This document shows, in pieces, positions 1-11,491 of a DNA stretch of 64,000 nt. A program made the translations under genes and the position numbers. The notes under the pieces are model-generated. The model searched no databases. It was not told the origin of the DNA and was given only the letters and a program-made list of their open reading frames with translations. This stretch comes from Cenococcum geophilum (Eukaryota). The stretch is taken from assembly GCA_050273025.1 (NCBI GenBank), contig CP158635.1, forward strand, positions 10,292,001 to 10,356,000, written 5' to 3'. Position 1 is the first letter of the stretch, and each line of letters opens with the position of its first letter.

Positions 1-3000
1 GTTTATAGATAATCTAATTATACAAGCTTGCGCGTCCCCTTTGCTGTGCCTATACCTTAATTAACTAAGTCGCTAATATTATCTAAAGCTCACTCTACTC
101 TTTTTTCCTAAGAAGGAACTTAAATATATTTACAAGACTATAAATAGGACAAGAATATAGAATAGGACCCTAAGGATATTACTAGGACTATAAAAATAGG
201 ACCTAAAAAAAAGAATAAAACCCTAAGGAAAGGACCTATAAGACACGCATAGACTAGAACCCCTAAAGAAATTACCTAGAATTACCTAATACCCCTACTA
301 CTATGCCACGAAACACAGCAGCAGGTAAAGCAGCTGTAGGACCCTTAAATACTTTAGATAAAGAAATAATTAATGTTTTAACCCCCTAGGCGGAGCTTGC
401 GGCTACTAATACTAAAATTAAATAACTGCGAGAGCTGCTTAAAGCTAGAAATACCCCTATATCTAATAATAAGTTATTATTAGATAACTAAAGACTTGCT
501 ATAGTCCTTTAGGCCCTATCTTAGCGCCTTAGTAAATCTACTAAGGCCTATATAGCACCGAAGCTATTAGTAAAGGTTATAGATCCCCTATTACTTATAG
601 ACGGAACCAACCCTATATTTAATAATTAGAAGCTTTAATTATAGGATAAGCTTAAAGTTAATATAGACTACTTCCCTAGCGCCCGAGCTAGAATAGCCTA
701 TATCTTTAGCCGTACTAGCGGAGATACCTAAACGTATTTACGCCTATAATATACTAAAGACTTAATAGACCCCTTTATCTCTAAAGAAGAAATAATTAAA
801 TACTTGTCTTCTATTTATAAAGACCCTTTTAAAGTATAAAACGCCCACCTTAGCTATAAAAGCCTAAACATAAAAATAACGGAAACCTTTTCGGCCTTTT
901 AAACCCGCTTTCTACACCTAGCTAAATAGGCCTAGATCCCCTAGGAAGACCTACTACTAGACCTCTTTAATAAGCTTACCCTAGACCTATAGCGGGCTAT
1001 ATTACTAGCTTATACTACAGTATAGACATTAAAGGAACTTATGGATTATTACCTAGCTATTAACTAAGGCCTCTATTAAATTAAGGTATACGCTAATTAG
1101 CTAAAAACTAAAAACCTTATAAACCAGGCCGTAAGTACTATAAGTATAGCCCGTAGTGCCTTAGTATAATTGGCAACCCCTATAGTTAACCTAGCGGCTA
1201 GCCGCGCAGCTACCCCTACTGCGGGCCTAGTGTACACCTAGTCTATATATAGCGACCCCCATATATAGGCCCTTAGCGATTAAGAAGCTTACTTCTTATA
1301 CGGTTAAATAGGCCACCCTATAAGGAACTGCTTAATAAAGGTAAAGATAAATAAGGTCCTGTTAATTTAGGAGGATAATATAAAGCCGGAAAAAGAGGAA
1401 CCTTAGAGGAAGACTCCTCTCTAAGGTTAAAAGGAATTAATATATTATATATTAATCTAGGTCGGCTAATTAGTAGAAGAAGCTGCACTATCTCTTATAC
1501 TTTATTTCGTAATAGATATTAAGTTTTAACCTTTACTTTAGCTAACTTAGAAGTAAATACCTTTACCTTAATTAATATAAAGTGCGCTATAAAACTAGCT
1601 AACTTTTTAAATATACCCCTTAAAGAACTGCCTAAACTAATCCCTATTTATGGTTATAACGGATAAATAAGGCTACCTATTATAACTATCTTGCAGATCT
1701 ACCTCCGCGTTAACGGATAAAGGCAGTATAATATCCCCTTTCTTATTATAGACCTTAGAAGCTATAATATAATCTTAAGAAGAAAATGGCTAGCTTATTT
1801 AGGCTTATAGCTTAATATATAGAATAGGCAGCTTATCTGGCCCAAAACTATACCCCTAACGCCTTCCTTTATAAAAGAGATTAGTATTATAATAGAAAAC
1901 CTTATACGGCCGTAGATAGACACTGTTTACTAGGCCAATATAACGCGTAGGGACTAGGCTTTTAAGAAGGATATACAGCTTAATCTATAACGGATTTGTA
2001 TATTACGCCGCCCCTAGACTACCTATATTACACCACTCGCATTAGAGACTTAGGAAGTTAATAATAGCCTAGCTAAGTCCCTAATAGAAAACCTAGGTCC
2101 TATATAGCTATAAAGGAAGGCTAGGGATATTAGATAATATACTAAACTAATAAACTAAAAGGATAACTTATGGAAAATAGAACGTAAGCTAAGGAAGATT
2201 ATAAACCCTATACTGCAAAATACGGCCTAATAAATATCCGTAAAGAAATCTACGGACCTTCCACTAGTTAATATCTACTATATTAGCGCTATAGGATTCT
2301 ACTAGAACCTAGTTCAGCTTAATACTATTACCTTTATAACTAGCTTATATAAAATTAATTAAATAATTAAAGAGAAAGAAGCCTTAGCCTAAGAGAAAGG
2401 CGAGCTTATAGATAAGGAGCTAGTAGAACAGAAACTACCCTATTAATATTAGAAATTTAAAGATACCTTCTTTAAAGTAGCGTCTAATATACTCCCGCCT
2501 TACTAACTGTATAACTATAAGATTAAAATTAAACCGGATAAGGTAGTTACCCTTAGCTATAGCCCCCTCTAATAGTAATTTACTACCAAATTATAGGCTA
2601 TAAAGTAGTATTTTATTAATAACCTAGATAAGGGCTTTATTAAGCCTAGTTAAGCCCCTTTTAACTTACCTATTTTCTTTACTAAAAAGCTAAATAGAGG
2701 ACTTCGTTTCTGTATTAACTACTATAAGCTTAATAATTTAACCCTTAAAGACTACTACCCACTACCTTTACTTAATAAGACTTTAGCCTAAATAAGTAGA
2801 GCTAAGATCTTTACGAAGCTTAATATCCGCTAGGCTTTTTACTAAATTAGGATAGACCCTAAATTAGAAAACCTTACTATATTTCGGACCTGTTACGGAA
2901 TATATAAATATAAAATACTACCTTTTAGACTAACTAACGGACCGGCTATATACTAATAATATATAAATAATATACTATTTAACTACCTTAATAACTTCTA

Positions 3001-3940
3001 TATAGTATACCTAGATAATATTATAATCTACTCTAAAAATAAACTAAAATATAAAGAGTATATCTATAAAGTCCTATAACGGCTTTAGGAAGCTAGCCTC
3101 TAAGCTAATATTAAAAAGTTAGAATTTAGTATTAAGTATATAAAGTACTTAGGGTTTATTATTAGTATAAACGGGATTAAGGTAGACTTAGAAAAGACAG
3201 CTATAATTAACTAATAGGTACCCCTAAGGACCGTAAAGGGGGTATAGTTATTCTTAGGGTTCTGTAACTTCTATTAACGCTTTATTAAGAACTATAGTAG
3301 GATTACCTAGCTACTAAGCCTACTTACCTACAAGGACCGGCCCTTTTACTTTAACACTGTATATAGGCAGGCCTTTAATAAGCTTAAGAAATAACTAGTC
3401 TCTACTCCCTTACTCGCCCACTTTAACCTAAAACGGCCCTTAATGCTAGAAACCAATGCCTTAGATAGTATTATAGCTAGCGTTTACTCCTAAAAGTAGA
3501 TAGACGGAGAATGGCACCCTATTACTTACTATTTAAAGATTATAGTAGATGCTAAGCTAAACTACCTAATTTACGACAAAGAAATGCTAGCTATTATCTC
3601 TAGCTTTTAGCACTAGCAAGCCTAACTAGAAGGCACCCCTAAGTCTATCTAGGTAGTTTTTAATTATAAGGCCTTAGAATATTTTATAATAATAAAGGCC
3701 CTTATAGCCTAATAGGCGCGCTAGGCGGACACCTTATCTTAGTTTAACTTCCTAATTATATATAGGCTAGGCGCTACTAACCGTACAAACGCTTTTATAA
3801 GGCGTAAATAGAATATAAATAACTAGATAGCTATAAAGATCTTATTATAGACCTAAGCGCTACTATAACTATAGCACCTTAACTCCTAAATACGGGTAAA
3901 ACTAAATATAGACTCTTTAGATGCTGAGATATGCCCTATT

Positions 3941-4187
3941 TGTTACGGCACTGGCAGAACTTAGCAGAACTTGGCAGAACTTCACACCGGCAGATTGCCA
4001 CAGATTGCCACAGATTGCCGCATATTGCGATCACGTGACGCGAAGATCTTATAAAACACCGAACGGCGCTGCTCTTCTTCTCCTTTCCTTTCCCTAGCTT
4101 TAGATTCTCGTTTATAGACAATCCAATCGTACAGGCTTGCGCGACCCTTTTGCCGTGCTTATGTCTCGATTAACTAAGTTGCTAACA
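3941..4187 (+). mobile_element. Solo LTR of family A inserted in pol of family A copy 1
   Basis: TGTTACGGC...GCTAACA, 247 bp, 5-bp TSD CTATT (3936-3940 / 4188-4192). The paralogous site in copy 3 (~43064) has a single CTATT. Confidence 0.95.
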
Positions 4188-5851
4188 CTATTAACTCTAT
4201 GGAACTAAACCTTATTAATAAACTACTATAGGTAAACTGTATAGCCCCTTCTCTATAGGAGTACCGTAAAAAGGTAAAGAATGTTTCTAGCCTATAGTCC
4301 CTTAAAAGTGGACTACTTAAGCACCGTAAATAGCTAGTGGTAGTAAAGAAATAGAACTTACGGACTTAGCTTATTGCTAAAGCATATACCTAGGTCTTCA
4401 CGGCCTACTCTAGAAAAAATAAAACCTATAGGATTATTAGTAACCGCTATTACTAGCCTAAAATAATTATAAATATTAACCGCTATATACGGAACTATAA
4501 TAACTACTATAGGTTTATAATTCTACAAGATAAAACCCTAGGACTATTAAAACCCCTTCTAATACCTAACCGCCCCTAGTAATATATCTTTATAGACTTT
4601 TATAAGCTACCTCTAGACTGTAACGGATATAATATAGTTATAATCCTAGTTAACCACTTTAGTAAGCGCCTGTTTTTAATTCCCTATTATAAAAATATTA
4701 ATGCTAAAGAGGTAGCCTAACTATATATTTATTATATCTACTAAATTTACGGACTACTAGATACTATTATATCTAACTATAGGCTGTAGTTTATATTAGC
4801 CTTTTAGAATAAGTTTACCTAAATCCTAGGCATTAAGCTAAAGCTTTTTATAGCATATTACCCCTAGATAGACGGTTAAACGGAGATTATAAATTAATAC
4901 TTAGACTAGAGACTCTGGCCTTTCATTAACTACTTCTAGAATAACTAGGCTAAACTATTACCCTTAATAGACTACGCCCAAGCGACCCTACCCCATAACT
5001 TTACCGGATTTGCCCCTATTTAACTAAAAATAGGTTACCTACCCCGTATAAGCTTTGACTAGGAAAGACTAAAAGGGCCCTAAACTATACGCAAAAAACT
5101 ATCTTATAAGGAAGCCTAGTAGTACGCTAAGCGCTTAGAGGAAGCCTAGAAAGTAGCCCGTATAAACCTAAAAAAGGCCTAAAAATTAATAAAATAGTAG
5201 GCGAATAAGTATAGGCGCAAGCCTGACTTTACTATAGGCGATATAGTTTAGGTTATAATAAAGAACTAAAAGATAGAACGGCCTAGCTATAAGCTAGACT
5301 ATAAGATAGTAGGACTATATAAGATTTTTAATAAAGTAGGCAACTTGTATAAGGTTAAGCTCCTAAACTTAATTAAAGTTCACCCTATCTTCTTATTAGA
5401 TAAGCTATAAAAAGCTATAAATAACCTACTGCCTAGATAAAAGAATAAACCTCCCCTACTAATTTAAGTTAATGGCAATAATAAATAGGAAATTAAAGAA
5501 ATATTAAAATATTATGTTAATTAGAAAGGATATAACCTAGACCCCACTTAGTACCCTATATAGAACTTTATAGGTAGTCCCTATAAGCTTTAAAAGTTTT
5601 ATAGCCGTTACCCTAATAAACCCAAACTACTAAAGTACTTAGATAAGTAGATAAAATACTAGTATAATAAAGATAATAAGCTACTAGAAGAATATAAGGA
5701 TAAAAACGCCTTAGAAATTTCTTAGTTATATAAGGTGTTAAGATATTTAGAAACTTTAACCAGCAGTTAAAGTTATCTAATTAGTTAGATTCTCTTACTA
5801 AGACTTTTAGCAACAAAGCCTAAGGGCAGACTTTTTTAAAGGGGGGGGTAA

Positions 5852-6088
5852 TGTTATAGCACTGGTAGAACTTGGCAGAACTTAGTAGAACTTCGCACCG
5901 GCAAGTTACTATAGATTGCCGCATATTGCAATCACGTGACGTAAAGATCTTATAAAACACCAAACGGCGCTACTCTTTTTCTCCTTTCCTTTCCCTAGCT
6001 TTAGATTCTCGTTTATAGACAATCCAATTATATAGGCTTACGCGTCCCCTTTGCCGTGCCTATGCCTTAATTGACTAAGTCGCTAATA
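5852..6088 (+). repeat. 3' LTR of family A copy 1
   Basis: Follows the G-rich PPT; matches 3941-4187 and 1-78. Confidence 0.93.
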
Positions 6089-7127
6089 GTATACGGATCC
6101 GTTACGGGTTAAGCTATATATCTTTTTTAAAGGCCTAGTCTATATATATAGCATCTACCTAGTAAATAGTATTAATCTAGGGCCGTATAAGGTTTTCTAT
6201 TATAATACTAATTTCTTTTATAGAAAAAGGGGTTAGGGGTAGAGTTTTAGGCTAGATAAGCCGCCTACTTTATATATTAAGCTATAAGCCTAAATAGGCT
6301 AGCTATTTTCTTTTTAAGATTATATTATAGCTTCCTAAGTCCGTAATAAGAAAAGGGATATTATATTACCTTTGTCCGTTAAAACGAAGGTAAATCTATA
6401 AAATAGTTATAATAGGTAGCCTTATTTGCCTATTATACCTATAAATAGAAATTAGTTTAAGTAGTTCTTTAATAGGTATATTTAAAAAGTTAGCTAGCTT
6501 TATAGTATATTAGGTATTTATTAAGATAAAGGCATTTACTTTAGAGTTAGCTAAAGTAAAGGTTAAAATTTAATATTTATTACAGAATAAAGTATAAGGG
6601 ATAGTGCAGCTTCTTTTACTAACTAGCTAACCTAGATTAATATATAATATATTAATCCCTTTTAACCCTAAAGAGGAGTCTTCCTCTAAGGTTCCTCTTT
6701 TTCTAACTTTATACTATTTTCCTAGATTAATAAGACCTTATTTACTTTTATATTTATTAAGTAATCCTTTATATAGTAACCTTTCTAACTATAAGTAAAG
6801 TAAGCTCCTTAATTACTAAGGGCCTATATATAGGGGTTACTATATATAGGCCGAGCATTTACTAAACCTATAGTAAAACTAGCTATATAGCTAGTTACTA
6901 AATTAGTAGTAGGCTATATAGGTAGTACTATAGGGGTTACTAATTATATTAGGATATTATAGGCCATTCTTATATTGCTTATAGTCTAATTTAAAAGGGT
7001 TCTAGCCTTATACTATTTAGCGCGTACCTTAATTTAGTAAAGGCCTTAGTTAACAGCTAAGTACTAGTTTATAAGTTCCTTTAGCGTCTATATAGTAATA
7101 AAAACTAATAGTACGGCTCGCTATAGG

Positions 7128-7375
7128 TGTTACGGGACTTACACGTTCTCACATCTTTGCGCGTTTTAACGTTTTTAACCCATACTTACGTTCGTCCCAA
7201 AACACCTACGCACGTTCCCCTACAACCCCTATTTATACCTATACCTAACCTATTCTATTCTATTCTATATCTAAATATCTTTATATTAACTATGCATAGT
7301 TACGTATATATAGCCTTCTTTAATTACTATCCCGTTTAGTATATTATATTCTAGCTCGTGCCTACTTCCATAACA
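7128..7375. mobile_element. Solo LTR of an unrelated LTR family
   Basis: TGTTACGG...CCATAACA termini, 248 bp, TSD ATAGG (7123-7127 / 7376-7380). Host gag is continuous once it is removed. Confidence 0.88.
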
Positions 7376-7768
7376 ATAGGTTTAAAGTAAGTTTATTAAA
7401 TAGGTCTAGTATTAGATCTTCCTAAGGAATTTAAGCCTAGCTAGCTAGGTATAAAAAGTGGGTCTAAAAAGCTAAGAAGGTCTCTATTATTTTTATATTT
7501 AGGCTTTTATAATTAAGTTAAGCGTTTTATACTTTAAAGGGGTCCTTATAAATAAAAGATAGGTAAATAATTATCTCTTCTTTAGAGAGAAAGGGATCTA
7601 CTAAGCCCTATATATATTGCAGATATAGGTATATCTATATATTCCTACTAGTACGGCTAAAGACATAGGCCATTTTAGCCTAAGTAGTAGGGAAATAGTC
7701 TATATTAACTTTAAGCTTATTCTATAATTAAAGCTTCTAATTATTAAATATAGGGTTAGTTCTATTTA

Positions 7769-7962
7769 TATCAATATTACTTAAGTGCACTTAATTGGCC
7801 TATTAACTATTAATTTGTTTATTGTCTAATAGGTAAAGAAAGTAGAGGATTATAAGGATTGCAGTGCCTAAGTAGGGGGCTGATAAGTTACCATAAGGAT
7901 GACTAATTAGACACGTGACCACGTAACCTTTATCCATATATTCCTGTCTATATATTCCGACA
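7769..7962. mobile_element. Solo LTR of another unrelated LTR family
   Basis: TATCAA (RIP of TGTCGG)...CCGACA, 194 bp, TSD ATTTA (7764-7768 / 7963-7967). Host gag resumes after it. Confidence 0.8.
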
Positions 7963-8932
7963 ATTTATAAGTAATAGGGGGTCCGCAACCTTTACGGACT
8001 ATAATAATACTAATATTATACATTAGGCTAGGGTTTTAAGGACCGTAGTAAGTCTCTAGGTATTTAATAACTCTTTACTAGGTATAGGGGGTTCTCTAGC
8101 TTTAAGTAGCTCTTAAAGTTATTTAATTTTAGTATTAGCTGCTATAAGCTCTACCTAAAAGTTTAAGTTAGTTGCTATTTTACTATTGGAGGTATTTAAG
8201 GGTCCTGCAGCTACTTTACCGGCCGCTATAGTTTTTAGTATAGTAGTATAGTTATTAGAGTAACTTCTAGTAGAATTCTATAGGGGTTTTAATCTATACG
8301 TATTCTATAGGTCTTATTATTCTTTTCTATTCTTTAAGTTTTAGTAATAGTTATTAGGTCTACTTCTATATTCTATTTTTACTTATAGTTCTATAAATAT
8401 ATTTAAGTTCCTTCTTAAAGAGAAGAGTAAATAAGCTTTAGATAATATTAGTAACTTAATTAATTAAGGCATAAGTATAGTAAGAGGGATGCGCAAGTCT
8501 ATATAATTAGTGGTTTATAAATAAGGATCTAAAGCTAGAGAAAGGAAAGGAGATAGAGGATGGCGCCGCTTAACGTTATATACAATCCTCTAGTTACGTA
8601 ACGGCAATTGTCTAAAACTATATGAAACTGTCTGCGACTGTCCGCTATAATCCACCGATATCCACCAGCCACAATCCACTAGTTTCTACCGATATCCATT
8701 AGTTTCCACTAGCGCCGTAACACACTATATCTATAAGCTGGTCTATTTACTACTATACTTTACTAAATATATTAAGCTAACAAATAAATCTGATCTATCT
8801 TATTATTGCTATCCTAATTATCATAAAACTAAGGATATCTCGAGGAGTATTCGTGTTGTGGTCTTGGCTTGGTTCATGCCATATCGGGCAAAATATTTAC
8901 AAAGAACAATAATCGACGATCAGACAAGTCCC

Positions 8933-10811
8933 TCAAACCCTGCACAACATGTCTCCAACCTCCTGCCAGCCTTCATTTCCCACACAGGGGTGGCACCAGA
9001 ATACGTCGGTCGGATCGTACGCCTTCTTGATAGCAGCCAGCTTGGGATAGTTCGTGCCCCAGAACGCTTGCTGAAAGTCAGGTTCATCCTGATTGGCCTT
9101 TACATGATTAGACCCCACACTATCAAAAGCAGCAAGTATACATACCTCGTTGAGATATGATCCCGAGTTTGGGAGCAAGTCTCTCAGATACGTAACCCTC
9201 TGCTCCATAGCTGCCACCGCCGATGCCTTTGCTGTTGCATTGTTTGCTGCCCAAACTGCACCGGTAACTATTCTCTTGTTAGCCAAACTTTTTCTTCGCC
9301 TTGGTATTCTCCCTGTTGGATACACTTACCGAAATGCACCACAGTTTTCCTCCACGCGGGATTAACGGCGTCACTCCCACCCCTGGGAACAGCATCCCAT
9401 ATCCCCTTACCGCCGAGCAATAAGGGCCCACAGCCAAACTGGCTACAGAAACTCTTAACAGTGCGTGTCAAGGCAGTAAGATTCCCAGTCAAGGTCGGCG
9501 CATCCAGCAGTCTAGACCCAAGCCTGAAGTTGTATCCCGGGGGGGCGGAATAAGCGGTTGCGAGGAAATGTGAGTAGAATGTTGGATATGAGGATGTGGT
9601 ATAGTTGAGGCTGGCTGCCGGCCAGGTGCTCCGTATGTGTGAGATGATGGGCTGCATGGCTGCTGACAAGTAGGGGACGACCTGCGGGGAGATACTGCGG
9701 AAGTCGGCTGTGAAATATATTGTTGTGGCGTTTCCAGAGGAACTGGTTCCAATTTCTGGGTAAGCGGTGATAGTCTTGTTGCTCAGATAAGGATATTGGG
9801 TTAGGATGTATGCTATCATGTCCCAGATGTCATCTGTGGCGGATGACATCGTGAGTTGGAGGGACAGGAGAGAGACAGGAGGTGTGGGATATGTTTTGAG
9901 CGTTACGTTGGTCATGATGCCAAATGTGCCGCCTCCGCCTCCTCGGAAAGCATAGAAGAGGTCCGTATTTTGGCATTCGTTGACTGTGAGCATCGAACCT
10001 GACGGGGTGATGACAGAGAGTTCGAGTATATTGTCGGCTGCTATGCCATAGGCCGAACTTAGAGGAGAGTGACCGCCACCAGTCAGATAGCCACCGATTC
10101 CGACGGTAGCTTCCAGACCCCCTACAATAGTCGAGTTATATGAGTCTGTCGCAGCGTAGAGATCGAGTAGGTTGTGGCCCGCTGCTGCGGTGACGGCTGT
10201 GGTTGGAATGCTGTAGTTGCAGCCTTGAGGCTGGAAAGTGCCGTGAAAGTTGATACCTCTCATGTTGTGGGTCCAGATTGAGAGAGAATTTGGACTGGCT
10301 GATCTAGAAGAGGGTCAGATTTGAGCCAATGGCTGACAGGCCTCGGAAACACTCACCTTCCCAAATAATCATGTCCTGTGGCCTTTACAATCAAGCGTAT
10401 ATTGTTCGCTGCTGCAAAATTGACCCCCATAGCAACATGCTCAGGAGTGGTAGCGTTCACAACGTATACTGGATATCCCATTGAACTGCAGGGTTGTGCT
10501 GGATCAGGAAGACAAGTATCGTTGTTGGTATTGTCCCAATCGGTGCTGACCGGATTATCTGCGTGAAAAGTGTAGTTTGACCACTGCTGTGCAATTACAG
10601 CGCAAGTTGCATTATTGTATGTGGGCTGATCAGAATGGCATACAGCACCAGGAGGAGTGGGCTTGATCAATTGACCCCCTAGAGTCTGGTTCAGGGCGTC
10701 CCAGTCCGCACTTGATGGCCAGCCTGCAGATCCAGGTATAACCTTACACTCCGCGTTGACAGAGGTGAAGGAGATGGCTCCCAGGATGAGAAACTTGAAA
10801 AGGGACAACAT
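8933..10811 (-). CDS. Secreted FAD-linked oxidoreductase (FAD_binding_4 + BBE C-terminal domain; isoamyl alcohol oxidase/BBE-like), ~571 aa, 4 exons: 10811-10357, 10303-9330, 9267-9146, 9097-8933
   Basis: Signal peptide MLSLFKFLILGAISFTSVNA; N-terminal 'CK.IPG..GWPS..DW..LN..LGG.LI'; FAD-binding 'KATGHDYLGRS'; 'GGYLTGGGHSPLS', 'DLFYAFRGGGGGTFG'; BBE tail 'YLNEA....FWGTNYPKL..IKKAYDP..VF'. Three GT..AG introns (53, 62, 48 nt) with CTGAC/CTAAC/CTAAT branch sites give a continuous 1716-nt frame. Confidence 0.95.
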
Positions 10812-10916
10812 AACTTTGCTAGGCTTGGTCCGCTTGGAGAATTACAGGTGGAAGAAAGAACTGAAGGAAGAAATGGTGTTGATCCTTAATCGGCGTAGCA
10901 GGTACGGCTGTAGTAC

Positions 10917-10923
10917 TTTTATA
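10917..10923 (-). promoter_or_regulatory. Putative TATA box of the oxidoreductase gene
   Basis: TATAAAA on the minus strand ~105 nt upstream of the ATG, followed by a CT-rich tract. Confidence 0.5.
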
Positions 10924-10956
10924 CGGGGCCAAATAATCTGCAGTGGGGCTCATGTA

Positions 10957-11132
10957 GAAGGGTTCACCTAGCAATGTCATTCCCCTACCAACGCCGCAGA
11001 CATGGGGTACTGCCCCTGTTTATTAAATACCCCCGTCCTGTTACTATCCAGGATGCCACAAGTTCAAGCCCCTCCTGTGGCATACAAGCCTGAGTCCGGC
11101 GTTGGGGAGCGACGTTGCTAGGTGAACCCTTC
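10957..11132. mobile_element. MITE (probably Tc1/mariner-type) in the oxidoreductase promoter
   Basis: ~30-bp TIR GAAGGGTTCACCTAGCAAYGTCRYTCCCC / GGGGAGCGACGTTGCTAGGTGAACCCTTC, with TA on both sides. Confidence 0.8.
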
Positions 11133-11491
11133 TATATACCTGGCACTAATACGAACCAATACGAACCGATAAAATATCGGTTATCGAAATATATCGGCAA
11201 TATAATATTGCCAATATTGGTAAAAAATAAAAATAATTAGCTTTACGCAGCTTTATATTATAATAGAGCTTTACTACTTTATAAAAAAGCCTTTTTATTA
11301 GGTAAAATATAGATAGGGAGTTTAATTAATAAAACAATAGGGTATATTATAAGAATAGACGAATTCTTAAGGAAAAGGAGGTATCCGGCTATGAGGGCAC
11401 GTACAGCGCACGTGCCCTATATGCGAGTCGCTAGCCGAGTCGCCGAGGTTTTAGGCCTCTTTAGGGGGCCTTTAGCGGGTCTAGGGGTATT

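Larger units (their letters stand above)
1..6088 (+). mobile_element. Ty3/Gypsy chromovirus LTR retrotransposon, family A copy 1 (RIP-inactivated; 5' LTR cut by window start)
   Basis: 5' LTR remnant ends CGCTAATA at 78; gag ATG ~303; RT motif 'Y L D N(D) I I I Y' ~3005-3030; RNase H 'LETN(D)AL(S)D' ~3448; integrase H-P-Q-T-D-G-Q-T-E-like ~4858; GPY/chromodomain ~5310-5600; PPT AAAGGGGGGGG 5838-5848; 3' LTR 5852-6088. Many TAA/TAG stops from CAA/CAG/TGG. Confidence 0.95.
6089..8722 (-). mobile_element. 5' half (LTR, gag, protease) of an antisense family A-related Gypsy copy (copy 2), interrupted by copy 1
   Basis: Reverse complement aligns with 79-2000 of copy 1. Variant 5' LTR at 8446-8722 ends CCGTAACA on +. 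Confidence 0.9.

Noticed and set aside
3936..4121. 61-aa ORF (and similar ORFs at 7127 and 56091)
   Set aside because: They lie in or begin in LTRs.
8933..10811. Secondary-metabolite gene cluster around the oxidoreductase
   Set aside because: No PKS, NRPS, terpene synthase, P450 or transporter sequence is visible in the window.
8858..10971. Plus-strand and alternate-frame ORFs overlapping the oxidoreductase
   Set aside because: Shadow frames of a real GC-balanced gene; no recognisable motifs.
10953..11136. Alternative reading of the promoter MITE as a TG...CA solo LTR
   Set aside because: No 5-bp TSD, and the ~30-bp inverted repeat is too long for LTR ends.
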